Below are positions 52,229 through 60,200 of a stretch of 64,000 bases of DNA, piece after piece (the first letter of the stretch is position 1; the number at the start of each line of letters is the position of its first letter). Below the pieces are notes generated by a model that worked only from the letters and a program-made list of their open reading frames with translations, searched no databases and was not told where the DNA came from. Both the position numbers and the translations under genes were made by a program. The stretch lies in contig CAVXWP010000001.1 in the NCBI GenBank assembly GCA_963765495.1, positions 992,001-1,056,000 on the forward strand, in the 5' to 3' direction. Origin of the DNA: Blastocatellia bacterium. GTDB lineage: Bacteria > Acidobacteriota > Blastocatellia > UBA7656.

Positions 52229-53283
52229 TAATCTATCACCCACGTATCGCCGCTGTTGATGAGCTTTTCCAGATCGCCCGGTCCAAGCTTCTCAATAGCC
52301 GATTCGACCTGCTGGGTCATCAGATCTTCGTAGGTGGGTTTTTCGACTTCGCGGAAGACGCCGACCGGAACCGGATAGGCCGGATATTCCATCCGCGCCA
52401 GCATGTAGGCGAGATAGGAATCCGGAGCCTTCTCGTTATGCGCGATCAGGTCCGATTCGCTCACGCCGTTTCCAAGCTCGACGACCTCCAGGTGCATGTC
52501 GGCGCGCATGCGGATTCCGCGATTGCGGTCGCGCCCGAATATGAGCGGCTTACCGTGCTCAAGCTCTATCATGCGGTCTTCCTTAACATCGCGCGAAGTG
52601 AACATATCGAACGCCCCGTCATTAAAGATGTTGCAGTTTTGATAGACCTCTACAAACGATACGCCTTTGTGATGCATGGCGCGCTGCACGACCGATTGAA
52701 GGTGCTGGGTGTGTGTGTCAACCGAGCGCGCCACAAATGTAGATTCGGCGGCAAGCGCGACCGAAAGCGGATTGAGCGGATAATCTATCACGCCGAACGG
52801 GGTCGATTTTGTGCGTTTGCCAAGCTCGGAGGTGGGCGAATACTGCCCCTTTGTAAGCCCGTATATCCGGTTGTTGAACAGGATGATGTTTATGTCCAGA
52901 TTGCGCCGGATCGCGTGGATAAGGTGGTTGCCGCCTATCGAAAGCGCGTCGCCATCGCCCGTGATTACCCAGACCGATAGCTCGGGATTAGACGCTTTTA
53001 TCCCCGTAGCTATAGCGGGCGCGCGCCCGTGTATCGAGTGGAACCCGTATGTGTTCATGTAGTACGGGAAGCGACTCGAACAACCGATGCCGGAAACGAA
53101 AACCGTGTTTTCTCGCTTGATGCCAAGCTCGGGCATCACCTTCTGTATCTGGGCGAGTATGGCGTAATCGCCGCAGCCCGGACACCAGCGAACTTCCTGA
53201 TCGGAAACGAAATCTTTTCTCGTCAGCTTGACCGGAGGCTGCCCGCCGTTTCCGCCATTCTTATTCTCGATATTAGTGCTCAT
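52228..53283 (-). CDS. korB: 2-oxoacid:ferredoxin oxidoreductase beta subunit
   Basis: WCPGCGD, SGIGCSSR, HSIHGRA, GDGDALSIGGNH and YGLTKGQYSPT. Confidence 0.95.
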   Translation of the reverse strand: MSTNIENKNGGNGGQPPVKLTRKDFVSDQEVRWCPGCGDYAILAQIQKVMPELGIKRENTVFVSGIGCSSRFPYYMNTYGFHSIHGRAPAIATGIKASNPELSVWVITGDGDALSIGGNHLIHAIRRNLDINIILFNNRIYGLTKGQYSPTSELGKRTKSTPFGVIDYPLNPLSVALAAESTFVARSVDTHTQHLQSVVQRAMHHKGVSFVEVYQNCNIFNDGAFDMFTSRDVKEDRMIELEHGKPLIFGRDRNRGIRMRADMHLEVVELGNGVSESDLIAHNEKAPDSYLAYMLARMEYPAYPVPVGVFREVEKPTYEDLMTQQVESAIEKLGPGDLEKLINSGDTWVID

Positions 53284-53314
53284 CTTTTTTCCCTTCGATG
53301 CTCTCTAGCCTGAT

Positions 53315-53379
53315 GATTTGAGATCTGAAATCTCGAATCTCAAATCTTAATTCCAAATTTCAAATCTCAGATTTGAGAT
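53315..53379. repeat. CAAATCT-family heptamer element between korA and korB
   Basis: gatttgagatctgaaatctcgaatctcaaatc...ttcaaatctcagatttgagat. Confidence 0.8.
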
Positions 53380-53381
53380 AT

Positions 53382-55244
53382 TTAATCCTCTAAGATCTCG
53401 TTCATCTTCGCCGTCAGTTCACTGATTTTGAACGGCTTGCCTTTGACCTTCGGGAACGAGACCAGCGGCACCAGATATTTTGCTCTGAGCAGCATCGCAA
53501 GCTGGCCCATGTTTAGCTCCGGCACGAGCACGCGGTCAAAGCGTCCGATTATCTCTCCGAGGTTTCGCGGGAACGGATTCAGGTGGCGCAGATGTATGCT
53601 TGAAACCGCCTTGCCGCGTTTCTGCATCTCTTCGACGGCCGAGGTGATCGAACCGTGTGTGGAACCCCATCCGATCACAAGCAATCGGCCTTCGGATTCG
53701 CCAAAGGTTTCAAGCTCCGCGATGTCATCTGCTATGCGGTTGACCTTCTCCTGCCGGGTCCACGTCATGTGCATGTGGTTTTCAGGGTCGTAAGAGACAT
53801 TGCCCGTGATGTCCTGTTTTTCGATGCCGCCGATTCGGTGTTCGAGCCCGGGAGAGCCGGGTATGGCCCAGGGTCTTGAAAGCGTCCGGGGGTCGCGGCT
53901 GTAAGGATGAAAGTCTTTCGGGTCGCTGTGGAATTTCACTTCGAATCGCGGAAGCTCATTCATGGGAGGAATGCGCCACGGTTCCGCGCCGTTCCCGAGA
54001 TAGCCGTCCGACAGATATATGACCGGAATCATGTGTTTTGTCGCTATGCGAAAAGCCTCAATCGCCATGTGAAAGCAATCGCCGGGCGTGGCGGGTGCGA
54101 CCACCGCTACGGGGCATTCGCCGTTGCGCCCGAACATCGCCTGCAACAGGTCTGCCTGTTCGGTCTTCGTAGGCAACCCGGTCGAAGGGCCGCCGCGCTG
54201 AACATCTATGATGACAAGCGGAAGTTCCGTCATCACGGCAAGCCCTATGGCTTCCGATTTCAGCGCAAGACCCGGCCCGCTTGTTCCCGTCAGCCCAAGC
54301 TGACCCGCAAAGGATGCGCCGATTGCCGCGCAGACGGCGGCTATCTCGTCTTCGGCCTGAAACGTCTTCACGCCGAAATTCTTGCGGTTCGAAAGCTCGT
54401 GCAGAATGTCTGAGGCGGGCGTGATCGGATAGCTCGCGTAAAAGAGCGGGCGGTCGGCAAGCACAGAGGCGGCTACGAATCCGAGCGCCGTCGCTTCGTT
54501 GCCTGTGATGTTTCGGTATTTGCCCGGCGTGATCGCCGCCTTTCTCACGCGATAGTGAGTGGTGAAGATTTCGGCCGCCTCGGCATAGGCAAATCCCGCT
54601 TTCAAAGCCGTGACATTTGCCTTTACCACTTCCGGGTTGCGCTTGAATTTGGATTCGACCCATTTTTCCGTAGGCTCAAGCGGGCGATCATAAAGCCAGT
54701 ACATCAATCCGAGCGCCCAGAAATTCTTGCACCGATCAACCTCTTTCGGGGCCAGTTCGATCTCGCGCAACGCCGAGCGGTTGAGCGTGGTGATCGGCAG
54801 TTTGAAGAGGCGGTAAGCCGACAGGCTTCCGTCTTCGAGCGGGTCTGCGGGGTATCCGGCTTTCTTGAGGTTGTTCGGGCTGAAGGCATCGGTGTTGACT
54901 ATCAGAATGCCGCCCGGTTCCAGATCGGCCAGATTAACCTTGAGCGCCGCCGGGTTCATCGCCACAAGCACGTTTGGCTCATCGCCCGGCGTGCGTATGT
55001 CGTGGTTGGAAAAGTTCAACTGGAACCCTGAGACGCCCGGCAACGAGCCGGCAGGCGCGCGAATCTCAGCCGGAAAGTCCGGCAACGTCGAGATGTCGTT
55101 TCCGACAATCGCCGACGTCTTTGTGAATTGCGTCCCTGTTAGCTGCATGCCGTCGCCGGAGTCACCGGCAAAACGTATGGTTACGGATTCCAGTTCTTCT
55201 ATATGCTTATCTTCGACGTTATCGAGAATCGTTGTGGATTCCAT
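53382..55244 (-). CDS. korA: 2-oxoacid:ferredoxin oxidoreductase alpha subunit (gamma-alpha fusion)
   Basis: [24 protein letters not shown] and [15 protein letters not shown]. Confidence 0.95.
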   Translation of the reverse strand: MESTTILDNVEDKHIEELESVTIRFAGDSGDGMQLTGTQFTKTSAIVGNDISTLPDFPAEIRAPAGSLPGVSGFQLNFSNHDIRTPGDEPNVLVAMNPAALKVNLADLEPGGILIVNTDAFSPNNLKKAGYPADPLEDGSLSAYRLFKLPITTLNRSALREIELAPKEVDRCKNFWALGLMYWLYDRPLEPTEKWVESKFKRNPEVVKANVTALKAGFAYAEAAEIFTTHYRVRKAAITPGKYRNITGNEATALGFVAASVLADRPLFYASYPITPASDILHELSNRKNFGVKTFQAEDEIAAVCAAIGASFAGQLGLTGTSGPGLALKSEAIGLAVMTELPLVIIDVQRGGPSTGLPTKTEQADLLQAMFGRNGECPVAVVAPATPGDCFHMAIEAFRIATKHMIPVIYLSDGYLGNGAEPWRIPPMNELPRFEVKFHSDPKDFHPYSRDPRTLSRPWAIPGSPGLEHRIGGIEKQDITGNVSYDPENHMHMTWTRQEKVNRIADDIAELETFGESEGRLLVIGWGSTHGSITSAVEEMQKRGKAVSSIHLRHLNPFPRNLGEIIGRFDRVLVPELNMGQLAMLLRAKYLVPLVSFPKVKGKPFKISELTAKMNEILED

Positions 55245-55268
55245 ATACTCCTGTCCTTTGTTTTCAGC

Positions 55269-55736
55269 CTATCCGCCTTCACGCGAATCCATGTATTGAT
55301 GTGGGCGTGGAGGCAGGTTCAATACCTCTTCCGGCAGCAGTTCGGCTAAAAACTCTATTATGTTTTGTATGGAGATTATACCTTCTACCTTGCCCGAACT
55401 GCTTACGAGCGGCAGATGACGATAGCCGCCTGCATCCATCAATCGGATTGCCTCGTCCAGATGATCATCGGCAGTAAGCGTCTCAGGGTCGCTCGTCATG
55501 TATTGCTCTACGGAGGAATCGGGCGCAATTTCGCGCCCGGCCAGCTTATTTAATACGTCTCGCTCGGTGAGAATCCCTTTCACCCGTCCGTCTTCACAGA
55601 CGAGCACGCATCCGGCGTAAGTACCGTGCATGGAAATAATCGCTTCCGCGACAGTGGTGCTGGTTTCGATGCAGACGGGTTGAGGCGGTTTAAGCTCGCG
55701 AATTTTAGCCACGCGCAAGGCATCCCTAACAGACAT
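55269..55736 (-). CDS. CBS-pair protein
   Basis: GILTERD, MTSDPETL and GGYRHLP. Confidence 0.9.
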   Translation of the reverse strand: MSVRDALRVAKIRELKPPQPVCIETSTTVAEAIISMHGTYAGCVLVCEDGRVKGILTERDVLNKLAGREIAPDSSVEQYMTSDPETLTADDHLDEAIRLMDAGGYRHLPLVSSSGKVEGIISIQNIIEFLAELLPEEVLNLPPRPHQYMDSREGG

Positions 55737-56118
55737 ATGGCATTCTCCGTAAAGCCCTCAGACAATTACCTTCAGGGGATGATGGATAGATTATCACCAG
55801 GGCGCAACCCTTACAGTCGGTTTATTTGTCACTTGCCGAAAGCCTGATTCTACACAAAACATCTTACAACGTAAAGTTTGCGCCGAATGATATCGAGCGT
55901 CAAGTTTTTCAAAAGGTATGGCAGGCTGGCAAGGCCCGGCCAATATGGGCCAGTTCGGTCTTTGACCGCCGGGTTTCAAGAGAGTTTCTCAAATCCTGCT
56001 TGAAGCTGTCTCGAATTTCTGTGGCAAAATTTCAGTATAGCTCGTAATATATTTCACTCCGCACATTTGATCCGAAACCCGATTAATCCGAGCCTTTGTC
56101 AGTTGAAGTGAGAGATCA

Positions 56119-56841
56119 ATGAACGATAATTGGCAGATGCGCCCGAAAGCAAAGAAACCAGCTAAACCCGGAAAGGGGTTTCTGTTTTCATCCGTTACGC
56201 ATGCCGGAAAGATTTTCTATGATTTTGGTTCGCCGCAACATTATGATTCGGGAAGAATCTTATTCAAACAGGGGTTTTTCTCTGAGGATGTATATTGTAT
56301 TAACCGAGGTCTGATTAAGCTCGTTAATCTCAGCCAGCAAGGGCAGGAGATGATTATCGCATTGCGTTCCGCCGGTTGGATGCTGGGGGTGGTTTCAATA
56401 ATGATTCAAGAACCTAATCCCGTTACGGCGATAACATTGACAGACTGTCTGTTACACCGCATTCCCGCGAATGATTTGCATCACCTTGTTATCAATGATG
56501 TCGGATTCTCATCCTATCTGCACCAGCTTCACAGTTATGAAATTCAGGATTACCTGTCCAGACTGGTCAGGCTTAAATCATTCTCTGCCAGACAGCGCCT
56601 GGAGAGGTTATTGATGCAATTGGCCCTCTCTGAGGGGGAAATCAGTCGGCAAGAGCAGGTTCGCATACACACACCTTTGAAGCATTGGGAGATTGCTCAG
56701 TTGATCTCCATCACGCCGCAACACCTCAGCCGTTTATTGAAAGAGATGGAGCAGGAAGAAATGATCCGCCGGGAGAGAGGAGATCTGGTTATCTCCGATT
56801 TCGAGAAGCTGAGGACTTCTGTTGATGGCTCGGCCGGATAA
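56119..56841 (+). CDS. Crp/Fnr-family transcriptional regulator
   Basis: LFKQG..VYCINRGLIKL cNMP-binding fold, ARQRL, and the HTH EIAQLISITPQHLSRLL. Confidence 0.92.
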   Translation: MNDNWQMRPKAKKPAKPGKGFLFSSVTHAGKIFYDFGSPQHYDSGRILFKQGFFSEDVYCINRGLIKLVNLSQQGQEMIIALRSAGWMLGVVSIMIQEPNPVTAITLTDCLLHRIPANDLHHLVINDVGFSSYLHQLHSYEIQDYLSRLVRLKSFSARQRLERLLMQLALSEGEISRQEQVRIHTPLKHWEIAQLISITPQHLSRLLKEMEQEEMIRRERGDLVISDFEKLRTSVDGSAG

Positions 56842-56899
56842 GACATACAGTTCACAGACAAATACATCGCCGAAGATTCGCAAGCTGGTTTGAACCGCC

Positions 56900-56941
56900 T
56901 TAACCTATGTTAATGACAGAGTCGCTCTAAGGTAGTAACTT
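56900..56941 (+). promoter_or_regulatory. Crp-family (PrfA-like) palindrome with a class II-positioned -10
   Basis: TTAACctatGTTAA (56900-56913) and TAACTT at 56936-56941. Confidence 0.6.
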
Positions 56942-57193
56942 TACAAAAGCAATAATTAAAGACTGTCAGAGGTTTTCTGACAGGCAGATCAAAACGGCAG
57001 AGTTCGAGGCAGCGAGACAGTGTCTCACGGTCAGCTATGACCGTCTCGAAAACACTAAACTTTGAATCACCTCTCTCTGTGACGGAGATTTGTGTCCGAC
57101 GTCAGGAGGTGATGGTTGCCGGTTTGTTTCGGTATCGAATCGCCATTTTGCGATGTGAAAAAACGCGGGCTTTTTACAGACCGAGCGATCTTT

Positions 57194-57259
57194 CGTTCAG
57201 GCACAGGAGAACTCTATGTATACAGCCGTTCAGGCACAGGAGAACTCTATGTATACAGC
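57194..57259 (+). repeat. perfect 33-bp tandem duplication of the Rhs RBS and start codon
   Basis: cgttcaggcacaggagaactctatgtatacagc x2. Confidence 0.95.
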
Positions 57260-60200
57260 GCAGCTTTCCAGCAGATTTGAAACTATTTTACGACTATCGT
57301 TGAAGCTCCTTCGTTGCATCTTTTCCAGAAAGTTGCTCTGTTTTGCTTTGATACTGAACCTGTTCATGTGGCCCGGTTCCCAGATTGCGCTCAAACAAAT
57401 TCCGGTCTTCGCTTCGGCAGCCGTCAACACGACTGCGACATCATTAAATTACGTTTCGCCCCTTCTTAGCCGGCTTTTTTCTTCTACCGCTTCTACCGCG
57501 CAGCGGCGGCGTGAAAAGCTGGCCGACCGATTGACACATGTTTCAAACATAGAAATCTCGCCCGGCAGATTAGTCGCCTACGAGGGCGAATCAATAATCT
57601 TCACGGCCTTGCCTACGGATTTCGCGGGTCGCGCAGTTCAGGGAGTGAAGCTCACCTGGGGATCATCGAGTCCCGACAAGGTTCGAATAGATGATTCGGG
57701 TCAGGCGACCTTTCTCCAGCCCGGACTGGCGATGGTCACTTGCCGGGCGGGAGCGGCAGCGGCTGATGCGCAGGTTTTGATCCGTTCGGGTCAAAGACCA
57801 AGACAGACCGATCAGGAGTGGTTGGCTGATCAGGAGAGCTTCGTGGGTGTGAACACTTACGGCAAAACCGCAAGCCACGGTATTGCACTGGCAAATGCTC
57901 TTTTGAATAAGCTTGTGCCGACCGCGCATGCGCAGCCGGGTGTAGGGTTTGGCACTCCATCCGATATCTTTTATGACGAATTCTATGACGAGCCTCGCAA
58001 TCTCATCGGCGCGCCTCGCAATCGTATTTCCGAATCAACACGGCTGGGCATAGTGCACCCCGAAGCGAGCAACTTCAATTTAACAGTGCCGCTTTTGAGT
58101 CTGGGCGGTCGTGGCCTCGGCGCAGGTCTTTCGCTTCTGTACAATTCCCGGGTCTGGTTCCGGCACGGCAACACGGTAACTTTTAATCCGGTCGCTGGCT
58201 GGCCCGGGCCGGGCTTTTCCCTCGGTCCTGGACGCATTGACACTTACGGACCAACCACAAGCCTGAAATACGTTCTGATAGACGCCGACGGGACTCGTCA
58301 CTATCTGGGCCAGGGCGGCAGCGCTTCGCAGACCGTTACTTTACAGACCTCAGACGGAACGCAAATAACTTATGTAGGCAATGCCAGCACAGGCGGCACG
58401 CTCTATTCCAAAGACGGCACGCAGGTCATTATTTCGATTACCAACAATCGGCTTCTGCCTGTTCGTATACAGGATAGTAACGGCAACTATATCACCTTCG
58501 GTTATATGCAGGCCTCAACAACCATCTCTCCATTAGCCATTAGCTATATTACGGACACGCTTGGGCGCATCATTCATTTCTTCTATGATTCCAACGGTCA
58601 TTTGACTTCGATAACCGCGCCGGGATTTGGCGGAACGAGCCAGAACCCCGTAACGCGAACCGCAGCGCAGTTTGATTATCAGAGCCTCTCAATGAGCAGC
58701 AGCTTCAGTGGGCTGACGGTAGAGAACGCGCCCTCCGGTCCGATTCAAGTCTTGAGGAGAATAGTCTTCCCGGAGACCGGCACGGGCTATCTCTTCACCT
58801 ATTCAGCCTATGGGATGATCTATGACTACTCACTGCGGAAGGAAATGATTGACGCAAACGGGAATGTCGGCGATGGCACGGAACAAGCCAATGTGAGCTT
58901 TAATTATCCGACAACAGGTTCTTCGCTGACAGATGCCCCGGCCTTTACACAGCGAACCGAAACGGCCACCGACAGCCCGACGAGCATTTATACCTATTCA
59001 GACAGCACCGACTCCGTGGCGCAGACCAGAACTTTTGTAATAACGCGACCTGATTCTTCGACACTACACCTTACGCGATCAACCGACAGTACCTCTTCGG
59101 CAAATGGGCTGCTGGTTCAATCCGAGATCAAAGACGGCGGGCAGATCTCCTTCGGCCGGTCCGTTTATGCTTATGCCAATGATCCGGGCGGATCGGTGCA
59201 GGCACAATCGGTTGTGAATTACGATGACGCGGGTGCGCCGACAAAGATCGATTTCGATTACGACCAATACGGCAATCTCATCAACAGCCGGGAATACGGT
59301 TACCAGACGGGCGGCGTGTGGCAGGTTCGCAGACGGACTCATATCACATATAAGACGGATGCTTCCTACATCAGCGCCTATTTGCGAAACCTGATGACAT
59401 TGACGGAGATACTTGACGGGCAGCAAAACACGAATGACGCGGATGATGTGTTGACAGGCAAGACCTCCTACACATACGACGATTACCAGGCGATGGGTGG
59501 GATGGAAGATTACAACGGAGCCGCCGCGCCGCCCGGCCATCTTTCCGCCTATGATGCCAGTTTGACTGTTCGCGGGAACGTGACGGGCAAGACCGAGTGG
59601 ATTGATCTAGGGGCTAACACCTCGATCACTCACCTGTCGAAATACGACATATTCGGAAACGTAGTCAAGACGCAGGTATCCTGCTGTAATGAACAATCAT
59701 TCACCAACGAAGAGGAGAATTACTGGTCGCAGCCCATATATGTAATCAAAGGCAGCCCTTCGGGGGTGTATCTGACTACATCATTGACGGATGATTTCAA
59801 CACCGGCTTGAGAGTTGAAAAGACCGATCCGAACAACCAGACAATCAGCTACTCTTACAATCAGGCGATGCTGCCGACCCAGATGGACCTGCCAACAGGG
59901 GCATCGCAGACGAATGATTATGATTTTGACAACCTGATATATTCAAAGACCTTGGGCTATGATGATGGAGGAGTGACAAAGACTGTCACCGCGACAGACA
60001 AGTATGACGGCTGGGGCAGATTGATTGAATCTGTGGATGCAAACGGTGGGCAGGTAAATATTACTTATGATGCTATGGGCCGCGTAATCAGCCGCACGAA
60101 CCCATTCACACCGGGGCAACAACCGGGTCCCGCCAGTACATACGAGTATGATGCGCTCGGTCGCGTGACGGTCAATACATTTCCCGACGGTAGCACGGTT

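Noticed and set aside
51706-52980. 424-aa plus-strand ORF
   Set aside because: It is antisense to korB and the CBS gene and reads through a repeat element.
55740-56118. tRNA or att site at the left edge of the Rhs region
   Set aside because: No cloverleaf or direct repeat was found by eye.
56948-57215. c-di-GMP riboswitch
   Set aside because: The class I consensus elements were not found. It is reported only as a structured leader.
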